From Octopus vulgaris (Eukaryota), in the NCBI GenBank assembly GCA_951406725.2, contig OX597825.1, positions 26,846,001 to 26,910,000 of the forward strand: a DNA stretch of 64,000 nt, written 5' to 3'. The notes below the pieces were generated by a model, which searched no databases, was not told the origin of the DNA, and saw only the letters and a list, made by a program, of their open reading frames with translations. Both the position numbers and the translations under genes were made by a program. Positions 27,047 through 40,445 of the stretch are shown here, piece after piece (the stretch's first letter is position 1; every line of letters starts with the position of its first letter).

Positions 27047-27069
27047 TAATAATAATAATAATGATGATG

Positions 27070-27139
<70 letters not shown>
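26778..27139. repeat. (AAT)n array with higher-order repeated GAT interruptions
   Basis: Block gat(aat)5(gat)3 occurs three times. Confidence 0.97.
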
Positions 27140-27427
27140 ATACCATACTTTAAATTAACACAGGACTTACTGGGAGGATGTTTTATCAAATAATATAACA
27201 GACCGTAGTCAGAGAATATTTTGTAGAAATTCTGTAAGGAGATGGAAATGAATAGAGGACGATATGGTGGTAGACTTTTAACTTGCCATCGTCATCAGGT
27301 AATACTAGCACTGTTTGTTAATTTAAATATTACAGAACGCATTATCATCTTTTTATTTTATTTTAACCGAAGCACCGATTGTATATTTTCGGTGCCCAGT
27401 GAAAACGATTGTAAACAATGGGATGAG

Positions 27428-27585
27428 AATTTATTCATGAAGATTTTTTGAGTTACAATGTATCCAGTAAGACTGTTAGGGTTACAATTATTCATGAAGG
27501 TTTTGGGTGTTGAAATATATTCATGAATATTTTGGGGGATTAAAATGTATTCATAAAGATTTCAAAATGTATTCATGAATTTTTT
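27428..27585. repeat. Degenerate minisatellite, ~28-30 bp unit, about 6 copies
   Basis: Recurrent aatgtattcatgaagatttt.. motif. Confidence 0.8.
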
Positions 27586-28629
27586 TTTTGTTTTTGAATA
27601 GCCTATTAATGACTTTATCTCAACCTTGTTTTCGGGGTAAAACTTCATAAGTGTTCTCGATTTAAAGAGCTTTCTTCCGTTTGCATTAAATACAACATAC
27701 ACACTACACACATTCCAGGTGTGCAACAATCATACAGAAATATCTATAAGGAAATGCTGGTGATTAAAGTTATGAATTTATCTTTCGTCTTGAATTATTT
27801 ATTTTTCTAACCATTTTATATTATTACATCTAAATTGCTTCTTATTAAATTTATATATTATTATTTATTCATATTATCTTTCTATATTGAACTAAACAAA
27901 GATATGCTCACTCATAAAAGTATTGTAGGGGAACACAAATATAAACATAATTATACAAATAAATGCGAATACACACACCCGAAACATATGCATATAAATA
28001 TGTATGCTTGAAAGAATGTTTGTCTACGGCTACCATATTTATTAGCTTTCTTAAGTGTAATAAAATGCACCAAATTGATATTCTACTTAATAGGGGGTAG
28101 AGTAAATATATTAAAGATGTTCGCATTGTTTCCATGTTTCCATGGTAAAGAAAATAAAGCATTTATAACTAGCATTGAAAAACGAATCTTATTTGGATAG
28201 TTGAAAACCAACAATAACTCAATTATATTATTACCATTGATCTTGGAGTATACGAAGTAGTATTTGATATATTTTATCGTTTAGAATAGAGAAGTTTCTA
28301 AAATGTAGCCGAAGAAGTTTTGCAATAACAGAATTAAAAATAGAAACTGTTTCCAAGAAGCTAAGGAAAATATATAAGTAAAAATAAATGGTAGAAATTA
28401 TAGCACCTTACAAAGTCTCTTAGGGAAATCAATTTTAAAATGATTGCTGCTCGAAGGTGTCTACTGGTTTATGTTTAGTTTACTTTAGTTAACCCGATAA
28501 TGGAAAATATCTTGAGAAAGGAAATAGGATAGATTCGAATGGCGTTGAAGTAACAAGACTGATAAATAAAGTGTGCTGTAGGCTTCTTTCATATCGGAAA
28601 TTATATATATGTATGTATGTATAAATGTA

Positions 28630-28668
<39 letters not shown>

Positions 28669-30599
28669 GTACATGTGTGTGTGTGTGTGTGTAGGTATAT
28701 ATTGACAGATGTGTATAATAATTTCACTTCAGACACTTTATTTCTCCATGAATACATGAATACAAGAAACCCAAATGTATTTTGAAAAGAATACGTTCAA
28801 AATTTATGATACCACATATTTCTTGAAAAAAGGTGGGGCTGAAATGTAAATTACATTACGGATTGAGAACAAATTTGACATCCTTTAACACATAATTTTC
28901 AAAAATTAACGTGAGAATAATTGTCGTATTCTTTGAAGGGCATGTTCAAATTGAATTTCATAGATGCATTGTAAGAAAAGAATCTAATATGAAAGACAAC
29001 TGAATATATATTATTACTCACTTGATAACACATTTCAAGAGATAAGCATCAAAATAAAAACTTCTCAACGCATATTCTTGCAATTATTGCAGAATTTCTT
29101 CCTGAAAGATGAACGTCTGCATATAAAGATTTGCGCTTGCCCTGTTTAGACGAGATACATTATTCAGATTTAAACCATTCTCAGATTACTTCACGTATGT
29201 GTCACTGATTAAATCCCCTAGTACATCTGTAGTGGATTTTAGTTTTCCCCTCCTGCTACATACGATAATTTCTCTGCGTGAAGAATCGAACCTGTCTATG
29301 ATAGTTTACGAATAAATTTCCTATTTCATGCGTATAAAATTACTTAACACGATGTAGTAAGACGTTACGCCATTATTGGTTATTAGTTCACAAATCTGAT
29401 ATCAACAAATACCTAAATCGATTAGGATTGAAATTCGGAGGCGTCATCGGTCAAATTTTAATACAAATTTTAATGTCGTATACGTTTAATCCAGTACTGT
29501 AGAGAAGACTCAACATTTTCCAAAATTTTAGACATTATGCGTCTCAATAACATCAAATATTTGATTGCTTTACTTGATTCAATATTGATCACTTGATACA
29601 GTATAAAGTTAAGCGAAAAACCCATGCCAAAAATATGTCGTTATCTTTGAAGAGTTAATAGCAATGGCCCGATGTTTTCTCTGTTAATGAGATAAAAGTA
29701 GCTGCCAACTCGAATCACTGGAGTAAGGTATAGAAATGATATCACTCAGAAGAGAATTAATATTGCTCGTCAAATATACACCGATAACATTTGCAACAAG
29801 ATTACATTGACAGACAAGTAGATTCTGTGTGGAAATAAAAATCAATAAAATTGCATTTATGGTTTCTTTATCACTCTCTTGTGTATGGCTCGCCAGGAGC
29901 CGTGCGCTACACCACGGAACCTCGCAAATATAGCTGAGAAGCTTTGCATTGCTATGTTTGGATGTGCGTATAAATGTATTTGCGTATGAGCTACGTAATC
30001 TAATTATGATGATGACACACCGATGCTAACACTAATTCTGAGTTCGATTGATTTTGTAATCCTAACCAATTGTCAAGAAGCAATTCTGTATCCATTTGTC
30101 GAGTGTTTTCTTTAAAGAACGTTGAATTTCAAGAGCTTCACTTTGCTTTGTTCTAATTCCATGGGTAGATTGTATCGTTGCTGAAGATTCTGACTGAATT
30201 AATTTTATGCGCTACTTTTGTTTCTTTTCCAAGTATGAACACTATCGCCATATTTTATCACCTACTTATTAAAGGCGATCATGAGGGAAATGGAAAATCA
30301 AACAAGATTTTTAATTTTGGCGCAAAACCGGCAATTTGGGGCATGAATAAGTCGATTACATTGATCTCGGTGTTCAAGTAGTGTTTATTTTGTAGAGAGA
30401 TAGTATTTATTCTCTCTAAGAACAAACTTGCTGTGGTAGATACCATGAAAGAAACTCTCATATAGGTTCTTGGTTCAAAATGAACGCTCAATTATATCGT
30501 TAGCGGTGAGACAAATCCCCTCCAACTCTAACTCTAACAACACCAGGTCACGTGATGTCGACTTCCCTTGGATGGGTGCTCGATCGCTAGAGATAAAGT

Positions 30600-30731
30600 T
30601 ATTTTATAGACCCACGAAATGAGGAAAATCAAAGTCCACCTCGGTGACATTTGAACTCAGAACGTAACAACAGACGAAATGCCTCTAAGGCCTTTGCCAG
30701 GCGTGTAAACGATTCCGCAACTCCACCTCCT
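30600..30731 (-). mobile_element. Partial decayed family A SINE (head and core)
   Basis: atttgaactcagaacgtaacaacagacgaaat matches the family A copies. Confidence 0.8.
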
Positions 30732-31878
30732 AAAACAACGCATTACAGTGAATGGAGGTGCTGACTGTCGCATTTACTGCTGCAGTTTATAAAGAGTGAA
30801 TTGAGCTTGACAGTTGATTCAGAAATATCTAGAAATCGTAAATAAATCAGATCTCTAGAACTACTTTGACTTGGTAAATGACTTCATTGACGATATATGT
30901 TAACATACATGTATGATAAACGCCTGTGGGGAGGGAAATGCATGTGCAGGAATCACAGTTCACAGACTGCAATAGATTTCGAAGAGTGCGTAGATTCGAA
31001 TTGGTAGCAAATCAATTCTCCAATAATTGCAAAGAACCAAGGATAATTACAGTGATATTATGGAATAATGTTCAGGGAACAAAAGGCTCAAACAGGCATA
31101 GGAAATGAGGAAATTCAGTATAGTAACCACTTAAATATGTTTCATACATATGCAAATAATGTATTGCTACTGTCTCTAAAACACATACGAAAGGGAATAT
31201 GCTTACATTTGTAAGCATATGTGTTGAGTGACCTTATTTTACATAGATAAGTCCACGTCATAATGTCTAGATTACAATTGTTAATATGATGTTTTAACTT
31301 CCATGAAATATTCTACTAAAGCTTTCAATGTGCTTAAACGCTTTGTATATAGAAAACAAAGGCTATGTTTGAGTCTCATTTGAACACCTCCACTTGGTGT
31401 ATTTCATTCTGACCTGGTAAACAAACATGATGAAATTATATTTATAGATATGGAATGAAGTAAAGCTGTTTTTGTTTATCCTTTAGCCATATTTTCAGTA
31501 TCCATGACGGCAGAACACCGCAGGTGGCTTATATACTGTCTGAACTTCCTACGATGGTATGTAGTTTCTATACCACCAAATGTGGAATTCCTATTGAGTA
31601 ATTAAAGCTACATGTTATAATCCATAACCTTGGTGTAAAAATATTCAAACTGTCTAATGCACGTTATTATAAATTCCACCATATATTTGCTTCATTTATC
31701 AGTAGAATTAATATGGCGCTTATAAACAAACATAGACTCTCACGAAGGGATCAGTAGGTGCAACGCTGTGACGTCCTATATCACAATATTGAATTGCTGT
31801 AATCCCTCGATTATCGCGAACGTTGCGTTCCACTCTACACCCCCTGTGATAGGTGAAATTCCGCGAAGAAGAAACAGT

Positions 31879-32090
31879 ACTTTTTTACTCTTTTACTTGT
31901 TTCAGTCATTTGACTGCGGCCATGCTGGAGCACCGCCTTTAGTCGAGCAAATCGACCTCGGGTCCTAATCTTTGTAAGCCCAGTACTTATTCTTTCGGTC
32001 TATTTTGCCGAACCGCTAAGTGACGGGGACGTAAACACACCAGCATCGATTGTCAAGCAATGCTAGGGGGACAAACACAGACACACAAAG

Positions 32091-32127
<37 letters not shown>

Positions 32128-32299
32128 CATATATACGACAGGCTTCTTTCAGTTTCCGTCTACCAAATCCACTCACAAGGCATTGGTCGGCCCGGGGCTA
32201 TAGCAGAAGACACTCGCCCAAGATGCCACGCAGTGGGACTGAACCCGGAACCATGTGGTTGGTTAGCAAGCTACTTACCACACAGCCACTCCTGCGCCT
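31879..32299 (-). mobile_element. tRNA-derived SINE, family B, full length
   Basis: Head AGGCGCAGGAGTGGCTGTGTGGTAAG..GGTTCAGTCCC on the minus strand, internal TG/TA repeat, GTAAAAGA tail; nearly identical to 34902-35307. Confidence 0.93.
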
Positions 32300-32594
32300 G
32301 TGTTCTGTGTTGTACATTTTAAAATTATTTCTATAATTGGTGTATATTTATTTTATTATAAATGAAAAAACAACACTACGGAGGAATCGATGTAAGCTTG
32401 ACGAATAGACCGCGATATAGTGAGGGATTACTGGATGACATTTAAATTCAGTGATCTTACGTCGATAAATATTTCTAATTTTCGAAATACTTGACGTCAC
32501 GTTTCTCACATTTCCTACATGAGAATTCTTATTTTCTCACAACAGCCAATAAAAACGTGTGTGAGTGTGTATGTGTATTTTTGTGTATGTGTAT

Positions 32595-32640
<46 letters not shown>

Positions 32641-32656
32641 ATTTATAGGTGTGTGT

Positions 32657-32749
<93 letters not shown>

Positions 32750-34901
32750 GGTAGTTGGCTTGATATATGTGTGCATGTGTGTATATGTAAATGCGTATAT
32801 ATATCTTACATATATGTATTCATTTACATTATACTCTTAATGAGAAGACGAAGCGATCAAGATAAAAGTCATTGAATATCTAAATATCAAGTTTCTTGTC
32901 TGCAACTATGTACAAGTTTGTTTCCTTTCCGTCCAAGTCAAAAGTATAGCACAATATATCTTATCTTCGCTGTAACCGCCACACATAAATAAATATATCC
33001 TAAAGATATATTCAGACCTATTCAGGATCGCACGCACCATAGGCCAGACGCTTTGAAATAGGAGAGGTTAAAATAACATGATTCACTTGTTTACGTCTTT
33101 TAATCTCCTTTTATCCTCTACAAAATGTCGACAACTTCGCCATAATGTTGTTATGAGATTGGATAAAAATACGATTCAAGTTATCTGCTTCCCTGTTGTT
33201 TTGTTGTGTCTCGTTTGAAATACAATTTCTAATTTTTACTTTTTTTTAATGCTTTTTCCTGGCATTACCTGAACCGACGTAAATCTGTTGAGTAAAATAA
33301 CCTATTTGCGTGTAAAAATTATTTGATCAGACACATTAATAACAAAATATATTCATTCGATTGCAAACTTTAAAAATTCTCTACTATACTTCTGTGTATT
33401 TATTAGATTATAAGAATTCAATCATTATACTAAAATAGTTTCATTGCTTTTCTTCTATGCATCGTACACAAATTCCTGATATTCCCACGCATGAACTTAA
33501 CAACACAAGTTTTGGAGGTGGTTCATTCTTATTTTACATAAAATTAATTTTCCGAATAACTTACCCACTAACATGTGATTTATTTATATATTTCATGTAA
33601 TATTTACATTTTGTTCATCTTACAGATATTAAGCTGCGTTTAAAAATGCTGTTAAAAATATATTACTGCGCAGTAAGAACATTTTGTTCATATTTAGAAC
33701 ACTTCTTCCAGACTTGATCAGAAGAATATGCTGCAGATAATAATTCAGTATAATTTGATAAAGCATGCAAGTGAAAAATTTAATATTAGGGTATTTACAA
33801 CCACAACGATTACGTGCATTCGAGTTTTAATGCTGTGGTGGATGGACACATTAAATCGAAATTGTATGGTGTGTGACGTTGATCGCTACAGTTTATGGGA
33901 TACGACGCACGTTGTGAGTATGGGATTCGTTTTAATGTTTAGTCGTTTGGTTTAAAATATAAACCTCCCATAATATTTTCTCGTCTGAGTCATGTCATGA
34001 TGTCATGACATAATGTCAAACAAAAATCATTAGCAACGAAACGCCGTCGGCAAATTGCTCTTTTGGACAACACACAATGAATCCAAAATAATATTCAGAA
34101 ACCACGTAAGTACACTAAAAGTAAAGCTGTTACATGTATAATCACACAGAAAACTACCGTAAAATAATAGAACTCGGATAATTTATTAAAGAAATACAGC
34201 GAGAATAATACAGAAACATGCAATACATGTGTGTGGCAAATAAATTACCGGCATTTCTATTTTATTAATATTCTTATGCAAATATCAAACAATAAAGCGA
34301 GTGACTCTGTTTGTTCCGATGTTATTGGTGATTTGCTTTTACTCAAATGTTGTAGAAGAGGTTTCCCTATTTGACAACCCTTAGGTTATGAGATTTCAAA
34401 CCCTAATTTACTTGCCCTTTTGTTAAGAAAAATGTTCTCAACTTCATGTTGCTTTTTTTTCTAATTCATATTCTTGGACGTATTATTAAAATTCTCTATT
34501 CCTATCGATGCTTACAGCTTATGTGGTTGTAATTTCGTTGTGGTTCCTCTGATGGATGGAAGTATCGTGTCTGCCGTGTTCGTTGCCACATTAGTGGAGC
34601 GGTTGACAGAGTCGCTTTTGCTGCTTTAATATTTTTTTCAATTTTTCGTAGCACCTCATCTTTGCTCGTTAGTGGAATTGTAAAATTCTGATATCGGTGA
34701 CATCGGGTTCGCAGTTACGTTCATCACTGACAAGCCTTATGACGTCGTATGTGCGTGCTCAAAGTTGTATGTGCGTGTTTTGGTGACAAATATGCTGTTT
34801 TTATTTATCCCTTCATCTATCTTCTCAGCCAAAGTGGTCTACCACCATGTTGAATTCAGCTCGTATTGGCCCATCGCATCCTCCTTTCTCATAAAACGCT
34901 A

Positions 34902-35307
34902 TACTCTTTTACTTGTTTCAGTCATTTGACTGCGGCCATGCTGGAGCACCGCCTTTAGTCGAGCAAATCGACCCCGGGACTTATTCTTTGTAAGCCCAGT
35001 ACTTATTCTATCGGTCTATTTTGCCGAACCGCTAAGTGACGGGGACGTAAACACACCAGCATCGGTTGTCAAGCAATGCTAGAGGGACAAACACAGACAC
35101 ACAAACATATACATACACATAAATACATATATATACATATATACGACAGGCTTCTTTCAGTTTCCGTCTACCAAATCCACTCACAAGGCATTGGTCGGCC
35201 CGAGGCTATAGCAGAAGACACTTGCCCAAGATGCCACGCAGTGGGACTGAACCCAGAACCATGTGGTTGGTAGGCAAGCTACTTACCACACAGCCACTCC
35301 TGCGCCT
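34902..35307 (-). mobile_element. tRNA-derived SINE, family B, full length
   Basis: Nearly identical to 31879-32299. Confidence 0.93.
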
Positions 35308-37439
35308 ATAAATTTTCTAAAGAAAAATTCAAAATCAACCTCTTGCGGCGGCCGAAACAAAGGAAAGTGTATTCATATATTTCTTCTCACTCACAATGCG
35401 ATGAATAATAATTTAAAATATCGAAACACAAGTATTACATCATTATCTTGAATCCATCCACATTTACAGAACAATAAAAAATATTTGAGAAACTCAGAAA
35501 ACAATAATATTTCTTGTAGTAGTAGTTCTAATCGTAGTTCGTAATTTGCTTTAACCATCACAGCTTACGCTACGCTGGTATGTTACCTCAAGAAAAAGAA
35601 AAGACAACAGACGGAGAAATATAAGAAAGAGGAAATGGAAGGAGAAAAATAGTCAATAGATGGATAAAATAATCGGTAATTAAACAGGATAATATTGAAA
35701 GAAATAAGAATCAAGATAAAAAAATATACTGAAGACGGAGAAGAAATATCAAAAAAGAAGATAAATTTATAGTTGTTCAGAAGGAGCGTTGATAATGTTG
35801 TATGAAGAACACCAATTAAATAAACAACAACAATTTAAGATGACTAATAACTAAAACAGACAAGTTCATCTAAGTATATCTAAGAAATAAAATACAATTG
35901 GCCTGGCATTACGAAGAAACTACTGAACAGAAGCAGGAAGGTCATAAAAGCGTAAACTAATAGATTATAACTCCCAAGTCAGATTTATCAACGCTTTATA
36001 GGAAATATAGACGATAACATGCTGTTTTAAGTTGTGCTCAAATATCTTTATGCAAATACATGACACAAAACAATAAATTAATATGCGCATTCAGCAATGA
36101 AAAGCGTGGGTATTTTGCAATCTTTCCGCTACCTGAATGATTACACTGTTATTAAATATGTACACGATTATGTGTCTGTGGTGTGTGTTTGTATCTGCAC
36201 GCTTGTGTGTGTATAGGTGATTTTATCTTCCTTGTGTTGGCGTGTATTTGTGTGAATCATTGAGGATATGTGTGAACATGTGTTACATTTGTTTTTTTGT
36301 GTTTCATCCGCTTAGATTGTTTGGCTAATTAATTACAGTATTATTGCTAACAATTTTCTGACGGATTTAATTACAGAAACAACGTTTAGTAATTGTTATC
36401 TTGTCATACTATCTCCATATGAATCGACTACATTTTTTTTTTTTTGCTTCATTTTATACATTTATTTATTTGTTTAAGTTGATTATAAGTCTTCAAATAT
36501 CTCCTCATATTTCGGAAAAACATTAACAAAACGAATGGCTTCTACATTTGATACAACGGTGAAACTCCTGTGAATGAGTGTAGAAGGAAAAGGTATGAGG
36601 GTAGCTTACAATTAATTCAGCTAGCAACTGAGAAGAATAAACAATAATGTTATCATCGCCGTGATTTACAAACAGAACTCAAAGAAATGTCATATAAAAA
36701 GTAAGTGTAATCCCAAAAGACAGGATTTTATCGTAGGTAGAATATAATCAACCACGTTTCTACCCGGATAACATTGCCTCAATGTCAACAAAAATATTCG
36801 AATGACTTCTAAAGCAGTGTCAACACTTTTAGAAGATGCATGTATAAATTGAGTACAAATTATACGTCATTATTTTAAAAGTTTGCATAATGTGAGTTTG
36901 TTGACGATACGATTAAATAATTATAAGTAATAGCAGACTAGAATAAGCGTGCTGAAAGAACTAAGTTAACTGTAAAACTTACATTTTAAAGCAGTAGATA
37001 CGGAATTTTATACAGTAAAAATATGGAAGAATATATACTGTTACTCACTGTGTTACACGAAAAACATAGGGAACTATTCCTAATGTTGGTAATTTGGATT
37101 ATGATGTCAGTTAAAGATGAAACACGAAATGGTCTAAATTCCAATCATTGAATATATACCAAAACTAAACAGGGATTTACTTCCTCATTTCGTTATTGCC
37201 ACACAATCAGAGTATGACATTGTGTTAGTGTTTTGCTACATATTTTATAACTTGTGGCATTTTTCATGCAAAGTCTATAGCTTGCATAAAATAGTCCTCC
37301 AGTCAACGACTTCGACTATAAACATTTAGCGATGGAACATCACGCAAATACACGCACATATGACACACGCAGAGCGCGTGCACACACACACATATACAGA
37401 TACATATACATGCGTGTCTGTGTATGTATTTATATATGT

Positions 37440-37605
37440 ATATATACGGCGGACTCCTAACAATTTCCCTCCACCAAATCCACTCGCAAGCCTTTGGTCG
37501 GCCCGATACTATAGTAGATTCACTCGCCCAAGTTGCTACGCAGTGGGACTGAACCCGGAATCATATGGTTGGGAAGCAAGCATATTACCACACAGCCACG
37601 CCTGG
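37440..37605 (-). mobile_element. Family B SINE, 5' half
   Basis: ccaaatccactcgcaagcctttggtcggccc...cagtgggactgaacccggaa...accacacagccac. Confidence 0.85.
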
Positions 37606-37629
37606 ACCTATGTGTCTGTGTGTTTGTGT

Positions 37630-37682
<53 letters not shown>

Positions 37683-38944
37683 TGTCTGCGTATGTCTGTA
37701 TGTGTGAATATGTATAGATAAATGTATGAAAATTGTGGCGAAAATTTTGTTAGGCCTCATAGTACGAATTCTTTCCAGTTATACTTCAAAGAAAATTTCA
37801 CATGAGAACCTATTAGCTAATAATGTTAACATGATTGATCCTCATGTATTAAATGTTTTGTGGTTGTTTATTCATCATGCTCCTCCTTTTTATTTATCAT
37901 GCCCTTGACAATGCATCTAAAGAAATCCGGAAAGGTGGCATACATTTACGACGCCTAAAAGTATATCATTACAAGCTTTAGGGCAACTTAGTGATCATCA
38001 TTTCCTTCGTTTGCAAGTAGTTTGCAAAGATCTCATCGAAGGGCCAGAGAGCTGAATTAAAGTTAGTGAAAACTTCGGATTACGCATTAGTAAATTATGT
38101 TGTACACCACTAACTATTTACTCCAGGTCAATTATATTTACATCAGTAACACAGTGGGAACTGATCTCAAGTCAACTCGATCTTATCTTGCTTAGAGAGG
38201 CCTATTTCATTACGAATAACGGTGGCTCCAGGCCTTTTCTGATCTCGAATTTCTTTGATCCTTTGAATTCAAACCAACTTTTATTTGCCAGTCCCATAGG
38301 ACCAAAGTAACATGAATGATCATCCTCTTCCTCCTGTGATAACAAAAGACATTACATGTAGCGAAATGACAAAAGCCGACAACAAAATAAAAGGAATATT
38401 CTACGCCTTTCGTGATTTCACAACACAGTTAGGTGAGAAGATAAATATAAAAGGTGATAGAGCGTGAACTTCTCAGTAATGCTCATTAAGCATAACGTTC
38501 TTTTCATTTAACTAAGATATCGACAATATATTTCACAATAATTAGTAACTACGCAAATTAATACAAATACAGGTATGGATTTGTAACACGTCAATGTAAA
38601 TTACAGACATAGTTTAGAATCAAAGATCCTCACCAGTTGCTTAGTTGGGATACATAAAGATAAAACTGAGAGCAGTGACAACTTTTGCATTACTTCGGAA
38701 AGAAACAATTGCCACGAATTCCTAGATCAAGTTAACAATACAGTAAGAATATGACATTAAGGCAATAGAAGACTGCTCTTTGTAATAGGAGGCAATACGT
38801 AAATTTAACTATAGTGAACGTTGTGCTAAAATGTATTAATAATAATATTTCCTACTATAGGCAAAAGACTTATAGTTGCTAAGACTAAACGATATGATAA
38901 ACAAATGTACAAAATTTGATTTGAAAGCAAAAGAGTAAGTATCC

Positions 38945-39527
38945 TTTTCTGCTCGAGGAACAAGGCCGGAAATTTTGTGGGAGAGGGCCAGTCGACTAGA
39001 TCGGCCCCAGTACGCAAGTGGTGCTTAGTTTATCTATCCCAAAATGATTAAAGGCAAAGTTGACTTCGGCGGAATTTGAACTCAGAACGTAACGGCAGAC
39101 GAAATACCTATTTCTTTACTACCCACAAGGGGTTAAACACAGAGGGGACGAATAAGGAGAGACAAACAGATTAATTCGATTATATATACGCCATTGCGTA
39201 ACTGGTACTTATTTAATCGACCCCGAATGGATGAAAGGCAAAGTTGACCTCGGCTGAATTTGAACTCACAACGTAGCGGCAGACGAAATACCTATTTCTT
39301 TACTACTCACAGGGGGCTAAACACAGAGGGGACTAACAAGGAGAGACAAACGGATTAAGTCGATTATACATATATCCCAGTGGGTAACTGATACTTATTT
39401 AATCGACCCCGAAAGGATGAAAGGCAAAGTCGACCTCGGCGGAATTTGAACTCAGAACGTATCGGCGGGCTAAATACCACAAAGCATTTCACCTGATGTA
39501 CTAACGTTTCTGCTAGCTCGCCTCCTT
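38945..39527 (-). mobile_element. Tandem trimer of family A SINE (one head, three bodies)
   Basis: Identical junctions gacgaaatacc|tatttc at 39108/39109 and 39292/39293; middle unit is 184 bp. Confidence 0.93.
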
Positions 39528-40276
39528 ACAAAAGAATAAATATCAAAAATACATTTACAATATAAACCTATATGTCTAAATAGAACAGTGGTAAATGATA
39601 TGCAGCTAGGATGAGATCCTAGCAACAAATATATTGCATGAAACAAAACGTTGATCAAAAAATAATATAAAAGTTATGCATTCTGAATTATTTGACTAAT
39701 TAATAGAAAATATCATATCTAAGACTTTTTTTCCCTGGTATTATGAATTTTGATGTTGCTGCTTTGAATTTTTTATAGCATGTGCCCGCGACAGACCTGT
39801 CTAACGTAGTCCGTAATAACGCTATAAATCTCAATAATATAACAAAATGTACATTATTAGCCACCAAGGAATTTGCGAAGGGCATATTAATGACAGATTA
39901 TATCAACCAAAGCAACAAAAATCGAGAAATTATTGCGTATTAATTATTATGTTTGACATCCAACAGCATCCCGAGAAGCTTTCTCTATTCAGTGGGAGGA
40001 GGGATAAAATGTAAAGGGCAATTTCTCACATTTGGTTGCATTTAACATGTCGATTAACGCTTTCGTTCGGAGTAATTAAAGTAAATTATTGGTGTCCATT
40101 ACAAACCACCAATAATAACTATATTAATGGTGGTACCCTTATTAATCATAAAAATATATTATTACGTTGTAATTGACGCGTGGAATAATTATTAGGGATG
40201 TAAATGATCATAATATGGGACTTGAGGAGGTTATGGAAAAGCAATAATAATGTGAGTGATGAGTTCTCGAACACTT

Positions 40277-40319
<43 letters not shown>

Positions 40320-40365
40320 GCTACTACTACTACTGCTACTACTACTACTGCTACTACTACTACTG

Positions 40366-40420
<55 letters not shown>

Positions 40421-40445
40421 AGCTGCTGCTGCTACTACTACTACC
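40277..40445. repeat. (CTA)n microsatellite with periodic CTG interruptions
   Basis: Direct reading. Confidence 0.98.

Noticed and set aside
27428-27585. Regularly spaced ~29 bp motif resembling a CRISPR array
   Set aside because: Tandem degenerate units with no unique spacers, no cas genes and a eukaryotic context; it is a minisatellite
31197-31220. 11 bp perfect hairpin atatgcttaca-tt-tgtaagcatat
   Set aside because: Short and AT-rich, with no associated element ends; plausibly incidental
34510-34700. Possible minus-strand exon ending at a GTAAG donor
   Set aside because: No recognisable protein similarity, no clear acceptor and no partner exons; cannot be supported without transcript data
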